Positions 26,560 through 40,311 of a stretch of DNA of 64,000 bases are shown piece by piece. A program made the position numbers and the translations under genes. The stretch spans positions 54,996,001-55,060,000 of the forward strand of contig CM052816.1 of assembly GCA_028534125.1 (NCBI GenBank). Direction: 5' to 3'. The stretch is from Lama glama (lineage: Eukaryota). Within the stretch, counting starts at the first letter, position 1; every line of letters starts with the position of its first letter. Under the pieces are notes generated by a model that did no database searches, was not told the DNA's origin, and saw only the letters and a program-made list of their open reading frames with translations.

Positions 26560-27330
26560 AGGAGAGACATGATGCCGAATGTGAACCCTTCTAGCCTAGG
26601 ATTACAGTTTCTCCACTTTCCTTCTCAGTATGTTCTTTTTGTGTGTATTTCTTAAGAACAAGGGCATGTTATTATATGAGCTCAGTGTAATTATCCCATC
26701 AGGAAATTTAACATTGATACAACACTACTGTCAGATCCACGGTCTATATTCAAGTCTCACTGCTTGTTCCAATAATGTCCTTTATAGCTTTCTCTACGTT
26801 CCATGCATTTCACTGCCTTGTCTCACTTGCTTTCTTTAATCTCCAACTGTTATCAGCCCTTGTCTGTTGATCTTACGTTCAAGGATTACAGACCTTTAAT
26901 TCTGTGGAATGTCCACCAGTTTAGGTTTGTCTGATGTTTTCTCATGATTCAGCCTGGGTTATGCACCTTCTGCACTTAAATACACAACAAAACTCAAGCT
27001 GTAGGCTTTTCACAGGCTCAAGTCAGGCGGCATGTGATGCTGGCTTGACTCAACACGGGTAACGTTAACTTCACTGGTTAAGACGACGTTATGCCAGGTT
27101 TCACCACTAAACGCTATTTTTTCCTTTGTAATAAGTAAGTGACTTGACAGGAGGGAGACACTTTGTGACTATGTGAATATCCTTTTCCTCATAAAACTTT
27201 CGCCACTAAAGTTAGCATCCATCGAAGATTTTCTAACTCCATCATTCCTTCTATTTTGAGGCCTTCCACTGCAAGGAAGAGCCTCCTTTCTCATTTGTTT
27301 ACATCTGTTTGTGGATTTTATATTCAATCC
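26560..27330 (-). mobile_element. Ancient L1 (L1MC/ME-like) 3' UTR fragment
   Basis: gtgtatttcttaagaacaagggcat...aggaaatttaacattgatac...tttgtctgatgttttctcatgatt. Confidence 0.7.
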
Positions 27331-28147
27331 CATACCTACATTTGAAAAATCAATATAAGGGAAAAAAGCACCAAAATGACCTTAAAAATTTTTTTAAAAG
27401 TGTCAAGAAAGTACATGCATCTCATAAAACTGAACTGGCCCAATAAATGTGCTAAAACTTCAGCCATGGAGTCTACAGCTGATTCCCTGCTCTGTGACCA
27501 ATACCTGGGTGTATTTCAGATATGGGATGCTGTGTCCCACAGCAGGTGCCATGTGTTAATTCACCAGGCTTTGTGCTAGTGGTCTGACATGTAATTACTG
27601 ATCTTTCCAGCAACCAGCTAGACAGATGACCTAATTTACACGGGGGAAAACATGTCTCAGGGAGCCAGGGACTCGCCCACAGCCCTGGGGCCAGGCAGGC
27701 TGGACTCAGGTATGTGGGTTCCAGAACCCATGCTCTTCCACATACAGTTCTGTCCCCTGGGACAAAGCTGAATATTAAAGTTCATTTACCATAAAAACCT
27801 TTGCTTCCAGTCACGTAACTATTATATTGAAATAAGGTTCTGTAGTGAGCAGGTGATTTAAAACTAGAAATTATTAACTTGGGGATGTTTTCTCACTATC
27901 TACGGTGGCACTCCCACGGTACAACTTTCCAGAAAAAGTGGGCAACCAGGATATGGTGTATTTAGGCTTCCACTGTTTAAAGCAGAATGAATTTGGTCTT
28001 TAGTTCTGTTAGCATATTGTCAGGCAACAATCGGCTACAGCTGAGCAGTGACTCAGGTAGGGAGATGTTTACACACACTCCTCGTGGAAACTCTTCGTCG
28101 CGAAAGAAGGTAGCATGAGTGGCCAGGTGCCTTTTCATACCCGCCCT

Positions 28148-28647
28148 NNNNNNNNNNNNNNNNNNNNNNNNNNNNNNNNNNNNNNNNNNNNNNNNNNNNN
28201 NNNNNNNNNNNNNNNNNNNNNNNNNNNNNNNNNNNNNNNNNNNNNNNNNNNNNNNNNNNNNNNNNNNNNNNNNNNNNNNNNNNNNNNNNNNNNNNNNNNN
28301 NNNNNNNNNNNNNNNNNNNNNNNNNNNNNNNNNNNNNNNNNNNNNNNNNNNNNNNNNNNNNNNNNNNNNNNNNNNNNNNNNNNNNNNNNNNNNNNNNNNN
28401 NNNNNNNNNNNNNNNNNNNNNNNNNNNNNNNNNNNNNNNNNNNNNNNNNNNNNNNNNNNNNNNNNNNNNNNNNNNNNNNNNNNNNNNNNNNNNNNNNNNN
28501 NNNNNNNNNNNNNNNNNNNNNNNNNNNNNNNNNNNNNNNNNNNNNNNNNNNNNNNNNNNNNNNNNNNNNNNNNNNNNNNNNNNNNNNNNNNNNNNNNNNN
28601 NNNNNNNNNNNNNNNNNNNNNNNNNNNNNNNNNNNNNNNNNNNNNNN
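28148..28647. other. Assembly gap (500 N)
   Basis: Run of exactly 500 N, probably a placeholder or estimated size. Confidence 0.99.
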
Positions 28648-28876
28648 AAGAGACTGGGATTTCAAAATTATAGAATAGATAAAAAAGATTATACTGTATA
28701 GCACAGGGAAATATATACAAGATCTTATGGTAGCTCACAGAGAAAAACATGTGACAATGAATATATATATGTTCATGTATAACTGAAAAATTGTGGTCTA
28801 CACTGGAATTTGATACAACATTGTAAAATGATTATAAATCAATAAAAAAATGTTAAAAATAAATAAGTAAATAAAT
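28648..28876 (+). mobile_element. Young-looking L1 3' end abutting the assembly gap
   Basis: atactgtatagcacagggaaatat...tacaacattgtaaaatgattataaatcaataaaaaaa followed by an A-rich tail. Confidence 0.85.
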
Positions 28877-29899
28877 CATACCATGGGTTTTTATTTTTAA
28901 CCGGAAGGGTTGGAAGAAGACAATTACAACATCTCCTACTGAAAATCTGAGAAACAGAGTAGATCAAAGAAGGTCTTACAGCCCAGTCCCTTTTTAATAG
29001 CTCCCTTAATCTTCTCCATTGGCTTTAGCCAACTGTGTGTTAATGTTTCAGCTGGAGGGGCTCAGATCACGCAGACAAGAATTCAGCCTCATCTACTGAG
29101 TAATACAGGCTTTGGATCCCAGGGGTTTTTTTGCCAGTTCCTTTCCTTCCTCCCATGGCCAATTCCCTAGCCAACGGGTAGGGCTTTTCTGCTCCCCATT
29201 TCATGGGCGAAACAGCTCTTCCTGATTCCTGGAGTTAATGCCAGGAGAGCTCAGTACCATGTCCCTATTCCGCATATGCCTGAACTTCATGCCATGTGTA
29301 CCATCCTGGAGCAACTCCTACTCAGCAAAATTCGGGCTTTGAATGCCCTCTGTCTTTAGGACACATGGGGATCTCTTTCTTGCTTTCTCGAGTGAGGTGC
29401 AAGAGGGATGCTTGTCTGCAGCAGTGGGACCAGGTTAACCAGAAGGTAGGGAAACAGCAAGCAGGAACAACACTCTGCAAGCGAAGACACAGAGGCACAA
29501 AAGGTAGTGCCTGAATGGCAAAGGGCACCTGGCTAGTTAACAACAGAACCAGGAGAAACCAGCCCAGACGTGTATCTGAGACCCACCGGATCCTCAGTAT
29601 TGGCTTTGGAAGACACAGCATTTTCAGAGCAGCACCTTCTCCTCTCAGCAAGCTCCTTTCCCACCAGGGCTTTAATCCCTTCTCCTTCCTTTGGTTCTTT
29701 TCCTCATACTCCATGACTTGGATACGACCTCTTCAAAAGTAGGTACTTCAGGAGTTAATTTCTACATTCTTTCCAGGGAAAAAAGTTCCCTGAAATGTGA
29801 TGACCAAGACATACAGGGGAATGATGGCTCACAGACAGGAAGGAAGAATCAATGGGAGTCCCAGGATGTGAAGATGATGGTGATGCTCACTGGGATAAA

Positions 29900-30110
29900 A
29901 ACATACTAACTGCGACTGAGCTCATATCATCGTGCTAGACATCCCCCCCAAGTGCTTTACAGAATTAATTTAATCTTCACAAAAGCCGTGGGAGGTAGGG
30001 ACTATCATTTCCAGTTACCAATGAGAAAACCAAGGCATAGACAGAGTGGTAGTTCTTGGAGCCTGGATTGGCACCAATGAGTCTGACTCTTAACCATTAG
30101 GCTGTGTTGT
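29900..30110 (-). mobile_element. MIR
   Basis: tttaatcttcacaaaagccgtgggaggtagggactatcatt...atgagaaaaccaaggc. Confidence 0.65.
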
Positions 30111-30739
30111 CTCACAGACAGCTCTGGTTGTAAGGCAATAAAGTGTGGCATACCCTGGAGTCTGGTCACCCGAGTCAGCCCCGAGGTCCTCTTCAAGTCA
30201 CGAAAATGAATAGAGTCAGGACCCACTCAGATGAGACTCAGGTAATGCGATTAAGTTCTGGCACTTATAAATCAAGAGATCACCCACAGAATAAATATTC
30301 TGTCCTTCAAAATAGTCAACCCGAGAAGTTCTATGTTCACTCCAACTACTGAGCACATTTTACATGCCTCTTTTGGAGTGTCCTTCAACTCAATTACGTA
30401 TTTCTTTGACATGTCCTGATACTTGGTCCTTAAAGATGTTTGCCAACCACCTGTAGTCAACTTGAGTCAAGCCAAGGAAATAAGGTGGCAAACTGAAGGT
30501 TTATTGCTTCTATTAATTACTTTTCCTTCCTAGATGATAAAATGATTCTAATGGCAATTCCAAAGGAAAGTAATGAAAAATTGAACTTTTGGAGTCAATT
30601 TGAAAGATGTCATTTATTTAAATATATAAGAACTAGATTTTTAACCTCATAACTCTATAGTTGGATCTAACAGGTAAGAAACTTGTTTCCCTTGAGTTTC
30701 TTCTCAATTTGAGGATGACAGTGAAAATCTCCCAGCCAC

Positions 30740-30958
30740 CTACTGTATAGCACAGGAATATAGTTGTATAGCAGTTGAATATAGGAACTATATTTGACTT
30801 CTTGTAATGAGTTGTAATGGAAAAGAATCTGAAAAAATATACATATACACACATACATAAATATACGTATCTGTATAACTGAATCACTTTGCTGTACACC
30901 TGCAACTAACACTTTGAATCTACTACACTTCAATAAAAAATAAGAATTAAAAAAAAAG
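30740..30958 (+). mobile_element. Artiodactyl-type L1 3' end
   Basis: ctactgtatagcacagg...gtataactgaatcactttgctgtacacctg...acttcaataaaaaa. Confidence 0.85.
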
Positions 30959-31104
30959 ACTCTTCCAGTCACTAAAGGCAAATAGTAAACCACTGAGTTT
31001 AAGAATTAGGCTTTGACATAAGATAGGCTGGATTTTAATCTCAGTTCTGATATTCTCTGATCTCTAAGTTCCAACTTCCTCATTTGTCAAGAGAGATAAT
31101 ATCT

Positions 31105-31510
31105 CATTAGTCAGGGAACAGAAAGGAAGGCATGGTACTCAAACAGGGGGCTAAAAAGAGTTTAATGAAAGCACTACTGGCAAAGGCATAGACAAGATAT
31201 GGGAAATTATCAAGGATCACGGGGTACCTGGGGGCTAGCAACAGCAGAGACCCATCACCTCCCCTAGGTCTGAAGGGACAAGAAGAGGGAGTAGTTGCAG
31301 CAAGAATTCAGCTGAAGAACAGGAGCGGGAGGAGGGCCACCCCACAGGAACCCAGCACCACCCCCAACCCGCAGCCTGGGGGAGGAGAGAGCGCAAGGCA
31401 GATAAATACACTAATTTATCTCCACAAAGCCAGAGGGCAAGGGAGCCCATATGTTGTCCATAGTGGTTGGCCTCCAAGGGCACTGAGCACGATGGATCAA
31501 AGAGGTGAAC
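31105..31510 (-). mobile_element. Ancient LTR fragment (probably a late-letter MLT1 MaLR; subfamily uncertain)
   Basis: attagtcaggg...gagtttaatgaa...ggggctagcaacagc...ccctaggtctgaaggg resembles recalled MLT1K/L/M-type sequence. Confidence 0.5.
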
Positions 31511-32648
31511 ACAACATTCAGCCCACTGTCTCTTACAAAAGTGTTGTGAGCCAGGCCCTCCTAATCACTTTCTCGATGTCTCTGTTGGTCGATGGTAAAT
31601 GCTGTAAGGACAGGAAGTACCCATCACTGCCAGGCCAGAGGACAGCACAGCTCCTGGCACGGGGTAAGTCACTCCTACTAGTTTTCATTATGATACTCTT
31701 TGAAATAACATCGTTGAGATAAAACTGGGTTGCTGTACAACCCAGGAAATAAGTAGAGGGCTGATACCTTTAAAAATACAGACCCGGATCTCCATCCTAG
31801 CTTCTACCTCGTTCTCTCGAGAGGTATGGGATGCTCCGAAAACACCCACCCCAGAATATTAGCTGAGATATAGATCGTTTTAAACCTTATTAAAGCCATA
31901 ATCTTTTCTAATTCTCCTGAATTTCCCCAATTTGATTATAGGGATAGAGTTAATTCCATTGGGGAGATAATAGAAGCTGAAACGTTTCAACCCAACATGA
32001 GTATGTCCACTCTTAATTTCTACTAAAGCCATTACACAAAGGTCACTTGGAATCACCACGCATCTCAGGAACTGCCCTGTCACCGAGAGGGAGGCTTCTC
32101 AGTAAAGAGAAACAAGGCAAAAATTGACAACAAAAAGACTGGTCTTAAACCTTCCTGGTAACTACGGTGCAGGCCACGCAGACTCATGCTCACTTGTGCA
32201 AACTCCACACCTGCTGGAGCTGTGCATATAATAAAATGCAGTAACAGACCCAGAAAGAAAGCCATTCCCTCTCCTGACTTACAGCAGATTGCCAAATAAA
32301 CTTTGATAGAGTTTAAAAGTTAAAGTCTCACACAACAACTCCTAAGAGCAATACAGGAATATGTAATTTCTTTAAAAATTTAAACAGCATAGAACTATAG
32401 AGAGTAACATGTGAGTTCTCCTTCATACTAACACCCACCCAAGCTCTCCTCTCATCCGCGTTAGAAACCCCCATGAACGGTTTCGTGCAACTCCTGTAAG
32501 AGTGCTCTCTAAATCTGTATGTATATATGTCACATTAAAATAAAACATTAATGGATCAGTGAGTATGTTTTTCTGTAAATAATTTTCACATAATAGATGG
32601 GACATATTCCCATGTCAGTACATATAGAGATAGAGCTAACATGTTCTT

Positions 32649-32735
32649 GTTTTTTTTTTTTTTAAACGGAGGACTGAACCCGGGACCTCATGTATGCTAA
32701 GCATGCACTCTACCACTGAGCTACACCCTTCCCCC
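32649..32735 (-). mobile_element. tRNA-derived SINE (short, small internal deletion) within a decayed L1ME-like fragment (~32350-32900)
   Basis: Poly-T then gaacccgggacctcatgtatgctaagcatgcactctaccactgagctacaccc. TSD-like aacatgttctt / aaccttgttctt. Confidence 0.88.
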
Positions 32736-33004
32736 AACCTTGTTCTTTTTAAAGGCTGCACAGTATTCCTAATATAAATATTTTTTACTTTGTTTAAGCC
32801 ACTCCCCAATTGCCAGGTACTTAGGTTAATTTCGATTCTTCTACTCATTTCAATTATTTTCATTAATTCTTTACAATATATACAGCTCATCCTTTTTCCC
32901 CCCATTTACAATGAACTCATTTTTTAATACAGCTTTGCTGACTACTACTCAAGTTAATTTTCTATTAAATCAGTACCACAGTGTAGTGTGGGCTAAATAG
33001 TTTA

Positions 33005-33380
33005 TGTGTTTTTTTTTAATTGACTATAAATTCTGGTTCCTTCTATTAGGAGGTAGGGTCTATGTCCCATCCCCTTGAGTCTGGGCAGACTCACAATGGC
33101 TTTGAGTAATAGAGGGGGCCAGAACTGATGCTGTCCGACTTCTGAAGCTAGATTATTAAAAAGTCCACGCAGTTTCCTCTTAATCTCACGGAACCCTCCC
33201 TCTTGGAAGCCAGCCACCATTCTGGAGGAAGCTCAAACCACAAGGAGAGTGTACCCGTAGGTGCTGTGAGTCTAGCCTCTGAATTGCCAAATCAGAGAAT
33301 CTGTAAGCATAATAAGATGGCAGTAGTTTTATTCTACAAAGTTTCAGGGCGATTTATTTAGCACTATATAAATGAATCAG
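33005..33380 (+). mobile_element. MaLR LTR, MLT1G/H-like
   Basis: ggaggtagggtctatgtcccatccccttgagtctgggc...ggaagccagccaccat. Confidence 0.7.
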
Positions 33381-33623
33381 TCTACACAGGTCTGCCTGCC
33401 TAACTGAGGCAGGTGACCTTTCTCTCATCCCAAGTCTTATTACTTCTATGACTTCTTGCTGTAAAGACAAATCCAAAGGTCTGGACTAGGGCCTCAAATT
33501 AGTCTTTAAATCATTGAATCAGCTCTCCTGTCCTCATCTATAAACAAGACAGAGTTACATTCTTCCTAGAGGGATGTGGTGAAAGAACCAAAAAAAAAGT
33601 GTTGAAACCCTATACAATCAAAA

Positions 33624-33647
33624 TGTGTGTGTGTGTGTGTGTGTGTG
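33624..33647. repeat. (TG)12 microsatellite
   Basis: Direct reading. Confidence 0.97.
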
Positions 33648-34814
33648 ACTTTTCATTCAGCTAGCGCAACGATATTCAAATGCAAATCCCCAGTAAACTT
33701 GGGATTTAAAATTTAGTCAGGATCTCTGGACTTCTGCACGGAGAGTGTAAGCACTGATTGGTTTCAATTTTCCCAAAGGACTTCCAGAGATTGGCATTCT
33801 TCTACTTTTGAAAAATTACGAATAGCACATATTTACTTTAACACCCTCCATCAGGGTGATTCTGTGTTAACTTTAACATCACATCAAGTAACCTATTTTT
33901 TAACAAATAAGAAATCAAGTAAAGACAGATACAGAAGGGAATTAAAAACTAGAAAGAAATATGACTAAATGCTCTCACAATGGTTATATCTGGGTAATGG
34001 AATTAAAGAGTCTTTTGCATTTTTCTTTACCTTTTAGGGTCTTTTGCTGGGATGATAATTTATCACTTCAATACTTTCTGTTAATTAAGCTGGTTCAGTA
34101 AGCAATATAAAGACAGCACCGTACTTGCAGACTGGTAGCCAAACCCCACCCCCAGCACAGAACAGCGGGTGGCCTGGGCCCTGCACCTTCCTTGGCATCA
34201 CCAGTTTGAAATGCTGTGCTCACCTCCCACAGGGCCCAATACCACCTCCCACTTCCTTCCCCGGTATCAGCAGACCTGCAGAAACAATGGTTTCAAGATA
34301 AGACAGCACCAACTGCTCTTCAATCCCCAGCAAAAGCCTCCCGTGCTGGGAGGGTGCAGGCCAGGCCTCCTGCCCTCCCTGCAGAGTTGAGCACCTGTAA
34401 AGTTATGCCAAAGCCCTTCGGAGGGGCTGCTGCTCCTGTGCGACTGTCTGCTCAAACCAAACCCAGGGAGCCAGCAACCAGCGCAGAGTGCAACACGGTC
34501 CCACCTGCCGCCTCTCTGGAGCTGGCTTGTCCCTTCAGTGCCCAGTCAGGGGGTGCAGCCATCTGTCTCGGGCCGTCCTGTTAAATTGCTTCTCACAGTT
34601 AAGTGGCCACAAGCGCTGGTCCTCCTGCTGCCTGACGGCCTGCAAGGCTACAGACGGGCTCAGGCCATCACGTCCCTCACACAGAAAGGTCTGTGGACAG
34701 CCCGAGGATGACAGATTGCCACAAGCCTCACGCTGCCCCTACTCAGAACGTTGTGTCATCCTCCTGGACCTATCTGCCAATTTTTCTTTAACTGTCAAGA
34801 GCTGGTGTTTAATC

Positions 34815-34978
34815 GAGGCTCACGACTCAAAGTGTGGTCTCCAGACCAGCCGTGCGGGCATCACCTGGGAACTCGTCGGTCTGCAGGATCTCAGGTCCAG
34901 CCCTGCCCCCTTGAATCCTCAGTTTACTCCGATCCTCAGATGATGCAACTGCACGGTCAGGTGTAAGAAGTGCTATGC
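34815..34978. mobile_element. MER5A-like hAT-Charlie DNA transposon
   Basis: ctcaaagtgtggtctccagaccagc...gcatcacctgggaactcg. Confidence 0.75.
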
Positions 34979-35337
34979 TGGAGAGCTCTCATTTAAAACG
35001 TAACATTTTTCTCAGGATAAAACCTGTTACCCTAGTCATGGTAGAAATTTTGCAAAAAGAGTTTTCCCCGGTGGGAAAAAACATAATCCCATTTCCAGCA
35101 GAAAGACCTCATTATTCATGAACTCGTGAAAGGGGAGGGGGAGAGAGCGCAGCTCACTTTATTTCAGAGCCAAATCCAGGAGCATGAGAGCGAGGCTATT
35201 TCATTTTAAATCACCACCCACGGCTGCAAACCCTAATTGGGCCAGTAAATGGGATTATAGAAGCCGAAGGTGGGAGCTGGGCCAGAACAAAGCACAGCAT
35301 CACAAAACGAAACATCTACTTTTGTTTCTTTACCTGT

Positions 35338-35525
35338 AGCAATGAATCTCAACAGGGGACATCTGGCCACGTCTGGAGACACTTTGGGTTGTCACCAAAG
35401 GGGGCATGACCTGCAACTAGTGTGCTGGGGAAGTCGCTGAACATCCGACAAGGCACAGAACTGCTCCCCACAACCAAGAATTATCCAGTCAACAATGTCC
35501 CAAGTATCAAGGTTGAGAAACCCTG
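35338..35525 (+). mobile_element. MER20 (hAT-Charlie)
   Basis: gtctggagacactttgggttgtcac...cccacaaccaagaattatccag...aggttgagaaaccctg. Confidence 0.85.
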
Positions 35526-37777
35526 ACCCAGAGAATTATCTGTTTAGTTGTTTTCTCTTCGCTCTTGGTGCCCCATCACCTACCGCTCGCCCTGCCAAGA
35601 AACCCATTCCCAGTCCAAGGCCTGCACGCCCCTCGCTTAATGGTTTTCCACCCTTGGCTCAGAGAGGAGCTGGCCCCTGAGTGTGTGACAGCCCGGGACT
35701 GCGGAGCCTGTCCTTTCAGGAGGAAGGGCCCCGTGTGTCCCTTGCTCATTAGCCATGCAGCGCAGGCCTTTGGTTACCCATTATACAATCCTGGGTTGGG
35801 GGGGGACGCTCAGCCATCCTCTCGCCCAGCTCTTCGGTGTATTAAAGGGGCTGCATCCTAGACGACTCGGCACACAGACCTGCTTCTTTATACCACGGAG
35901 AAAAGGAGATAGGACTCACGAGGAATGCAGAGGAGAGAAACAATGGCACAGACCCCAGCGTCTGAAGCCCCCAGCAACTGCTGAATGGCAGTGCTCTATT
36001 TTTAGCTCAACTTTCCTGAAAAGGTTCCCTGCTTTCCCTTTTCTCCAATGCCCTGGCATCTTCTCCAACGGTTTTGGCTTCCCCTCTCCTCCAGAGGTTG
36101 CTGTAAAGACTCTGTCTAGGAAAGGGAAGCTCATTTCACAGAACAGAGAAAGACCCATCTATGGGCAGGGGACCATCCATCCCAGTTTGCCCAGAACTGG
36201 CCCAGCTGACATGCCTGCCTTGACATAATTACTAGAACCCCCTGCTCCCCATAAAGGTGTCTAGGTTTGGACGACGACTTACACTGTAAGCTTTCCTCTG
36301 GGGCATGCTATTCCCAGGGAGAACAAAGCTCCAGGCCTGGCATGCTTCTGCAGAGCACAGTAAGCCACAGACCTGAAAGTTAAGCTCGTGTGCAATTATG
36401 TCTAATTTGGCCCTGGCTGGTGACGCGCCAGCTGACCGACATTCTGCCCACTGGAAACGACTGGACGCCAATCAAGGGAAACCCAGAACTGGGCACATGG
36501 CTCTCATCTTGTGACTCGACGGTCTCAAGAGCCAGGTTACTGGCACAGACCATGGGAAAACCTGCTCTCAATCCACCCCATGAAGTGAGTTACACAGCAA
36601 TTTCCAATTCGAATTCTGTCCATCCTCCAACTCCTGACACCAGCACACATGAAAAGCTATTTCCATGTGGTGCACAGCACCGACAGAGCCCCTAGGCTCA
36701 GGGAGAAGGTAGCAGAAAAGCCAGGCCAGCGAGATGATTGACAGGCAATCCACTTTCACACCAGCAACTTCTACCCCAGACTATATCATCCAAAGTGAAC
36801 CAAGTCCAGATGGGCAAGGACTTATCTCACAATCAGAAGGAATAACACGAAAACTCCTGTGGGTGCCCCCCTCCCTGTGTTTAATGATGACAGGTCTCTC
36901 TAGGACAAATAAAGACTACAAAGCAGGACACACGGTTGTATCTAAAACAACTATTAACAATGGGATCCTTTCTCCCAGAGGATTTAAGTTCTAACTTTCC
37001 CACAGTGTATTCTGCCTTCTCACTTTATTACATAAGCATTTCTCCACATCATTCAAAATCCATCAGTTCACTTGAAGTTGTCTGTGGTTCTCCAGGGGCA
37101 ACATGAGCAGTGGTCTGCTAGTCAGACTTCAGAAGTTTATGCGTAACAGAAGGTAGTAAATAAAGAGGATGAAGAAGAAAAAGGAAACTAAAGCAATAAA
37201 ACTTTAATGAAGACTCCATTTCCCAAAACAGTCTTGGTCACGGGTGTGATGAGTTTCAAACCCCTCCCTGAATCCTGCTGGTGTAAGTCAAGAGGGCAAG
37301 CCTTAACCGAGTGAGGACAAGCTCCAGATGGATCGCACACAGCGGAAGAAACAGCAAGGCAGGCAGGGCCTTGGCGTCACTGCAGACAGGAAGGCAAGCT
37401 GAGGAGGAAGGAGCAGAAATGGTCCAACCACTGGTGCCTCTTCTGTGTCTAAGAATCCGTGACTTCATGGACACCAAGACCCTCTATCCGCCCAGCTCTC
37501 CTTCCCTCTCACCAGTCCCGCCGGCGGGGATGAAGGCCTATCACTCCGGGCCTCAGCTCACTGTCTCCTCATCTGGAATGCTCCTTTTTCTACCTGCCAG
37601 GGACAGTGCTAAGTGCTTCACATGTGCCATCCCATTTTGTCCCAATGATGCCATCAGCTAGGCACCATGATGTCATTATCTCATTTTGCAGGAGGGGAAG
37701 CCAGAGCTGAATGGTAGCAAGTGACAGAGCCAGGGCTCTGAGACACTGTGCCAGCTCCCCAGTCAGAAGGTTGGCTC

Positions 37778-37927
37778 TGGGAGGGGGAGAGTATAGCTCA
37801 GCGGTAGAGTGCCTGCTTAGCATGCACGAGGTCCAGGGTTCAATCCCCAGTACCTCTGCTTAAAAAAATTAAAAATTAAAAAAAAATGAGCCTAATTACC
37901 TCACCCCACCCCCACCTCCCCAAAAAA
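37778..37927 (+). mobile_element. tRNA-derived SINE
   Basis: gggggagagtatagctcagcggtagagtgcctgcttagcatgcacgaggtccagggttcaatccccagtacctc, then an A tract and cctaattacc tail. Confidence 0.92.
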
Positions 37928-38831
37928 GAAGGAGGAGGTCAGTTCTCTAAGGGCAGAGATCAGCCCAAGAGACTTCTTTGTTGAATGAGCAGTTCCCTTA
38001 CATCTCACCTCCTTCCTGGAAGTATCTGAGCAGGTTAACAAAGGTAGGTATGTTAGGGGAAAACGTATAAATACAGGCAAATGAAATTAAATAAAGGAAA
38101 AAAAAAGCAGACAAGAACGATGAAGGCAGAGGTATATAAATACACCAAAACAACACATAAGCCCTTCACTAATTCTACAGATAAGCTCCAGATTTGGTCC
38201 TGTGCTTTCTGTCAGCCAAAGCAAAAAAAACAGAGAGTGGATATTCATACACTCGAGTTAAGGATTTATATCAGAAAGTCCTGTTGCCATAGAAATTATG
38301 TTGGAAACAATGTACGTGTCAGCCATCCAGCCTGACCAGAGGGCTTCTAAATGGGCCTACTTTCTGCTTAACTGTTAGCTAAACCTGCAGGCACTGCAAA
38401 GTAAACTTGACAGAAGCATCTCTAAAAAGAACCACATACTTCCCAGTTCTCTTATTCAGAATGTGCTGGGTAGATTTTAAGTCACTGAGAGAGGGTTTAA
38501 ATTATCATCACGGTGTTCTCGCTCCTAAACACTGCCGCGATTACGGCTCTTTCTCTCCCACTAGGTTAGCGCCCATCCCGGCACCACTGCCTTCTGACAC
38601 TTCCAAATCCCTTCTTTGATCTCCGCTGCTTCTGCACTTTTCCTTCCTTCATCTGTTTTGGTGATGACGTCTCAGCTTTGGTGATGACCAAGCACTGACT
38701 TGATAGCAGGCACCAATCAACCCCACTAACTCACTGCCTCTCCCTGGCCAGACACATCACTGCTCATGATTGGCCGAAGACACTGTGCTAAAAAAAATTC
38801 TGAAATTCTTCGTTGTCCCAAATGTAATGGC

Positions 38832-39266
38832 TGTACTGGGTTGAACAGTATCCCCCACGAGATTCACGTGCGCCAGGAATCTCACAACGCAAACTTATTT
38901 GGAAATGGGGTCTTTGCAGATGCAGTAAATTAAAATGAGGTCACACCTGCTTTAGGATTAGAGGGAGGCCCTAACCCAATGACAGTGTCTTAGAAGAAGA
39001 AAAAAGAGACACTCAGGGAGAACACCGTGTGACCGTGGAGCCAAAGATTGGAGCGATGCACCTAAAAGCCGGGGAACCCTAAGGATTGTTGGCAACCACA
39101 AGAAGCCAGGAAGAGGCCGGGAAGGAGCCCCAGGAGAGCCGTCAGACAGGGTAGCCCGGCCAGTACCTTCATTTTGGACTTCCAGCTTTGAGAACTGTGA
39201 GAGAATAACTTTGTTATATTAAGACACACAGTTTGTGTTAATTTGTTACAAAAAGAAACGAATACA
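38832..39266 (+). mobile_element. Complete MaLR solo LTR (MLT1B/C-like) with 5-bp TSD
   Basis: TG...CA termini. TSD atggc at 38827-38831 and 39267-39271. ttatttggaaatggggtctttgcagatg motif. Confidence 0.9.
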
Positions 39267-39344
39267 ATGGCTAAAATGCTTTACCCAGGAGACATGGTAC
39301 CAAGTCCACAAAACTGACTTTCTAACTTGGATCCAACAGGCACA

Positions 39345-39577
39345 GGAAAGCACAAAGCCTGGAGTCCCACTGCCTGGGTTCAAGCCTTGACTCTGCCACT
39401 TACTAGTCCAGGGCCCTTGGGCAAGTTACTTAACCTCTCTGTGCCTCAGTTTTCCCATCTAGAAAATTGGGATAATGTTACCAACCTCAGAGAGTTATTA
39501 TGAGGATTAAATTGGGCGGTTGACACCAAATGCGGAGAGCGGGCCTGGCACATATAAGCACTAAATGTATTTGTTAT
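39345..39577 (+). mobile_element. MIR, well preserved
   Basis: ctgcctgggttcaa...ctctgccacttactag...ccttgggcaagttacttaacctctctgtgcctcagttt. Confidence 0.92.
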
Positions 39578-40311
39578 AATCAGCGTCACTGGAGGTGAAA
39601 CTGACAGGAGAAGGGAGAAGCCAGTCCCTTCTTCTTAGAACTGTATACGCAAGGCCTGCCTCTCGTGGTCCTGTCCCCTCACAGCAGGCACGAGAAACCA
39701 TGGGGTGTCTGTCCCGCGGCTGTGCCCGGCAACCAGAGACCAGGGTTAAAATCAGGCTCTTCCACTGACACAGGATTGTCCAAGGTCAATACTTCCAAGC
39801 TATTCTGCTGAGCCAACATCTTCTCCTGTTAAATAACCCTAGGAACTCTACAAACCACCCTTACCATGCATTCCAAATTCATCATTAAGAGACAACAACC
39901 TGGCTACACAGAATTAGAATGCTGATCTTGTCATTCTCAGCTCATTTCCGACCAGGGAGCAGAAGAATGGCCAGCCTTCCAGAACAGCAAGGTGCCTGGT
40001 CCCGGCCCCACCTTCGCCAGGCACAATGAAGCTGGAATCCCCCCAACACACTTGCTTCACCTGGACTCCACGGCCCCAGCAGTGTATGAAAATGACCAAC
40101 ACAAAGGCAATTTAAAAAATTTAAAAAGAAATGACCGACACTCACCCTTCGGAAACAGCTTTCCCTTACTTTCAGTCCTTGCTTGTTCTAGAGTCTTAGC
40201 TCCTGCCACCTTTCACTTTGGTTACGAATCAGCACGATACAAACCTCGGGCTGCCAGTCACAACACAGCCAAATGGAGCCGCCAAGTCTAGTAAAACAGT
40301 AGTAACTCATT

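Noticed and set aside
27977..28750. Long ORFs (184-257 aa)
   Set aside because: Artefacts of translating through the 500-N gap.
37778..37860. tRNA-like sequences with A/B boxes (seven copies)
   Set aside because: A-rich tails, TSDs and divergence mark them as SINEs, not tRNA genes.
38657..38698. 12-bp direct repeat tttggtgatgac containing box C-like GTGATGA and a nearby CTGA
   Set aside because: Antisense to the host gene, too short and without a terminal stem for a C/D snoRNA. Likely a small local duplication.
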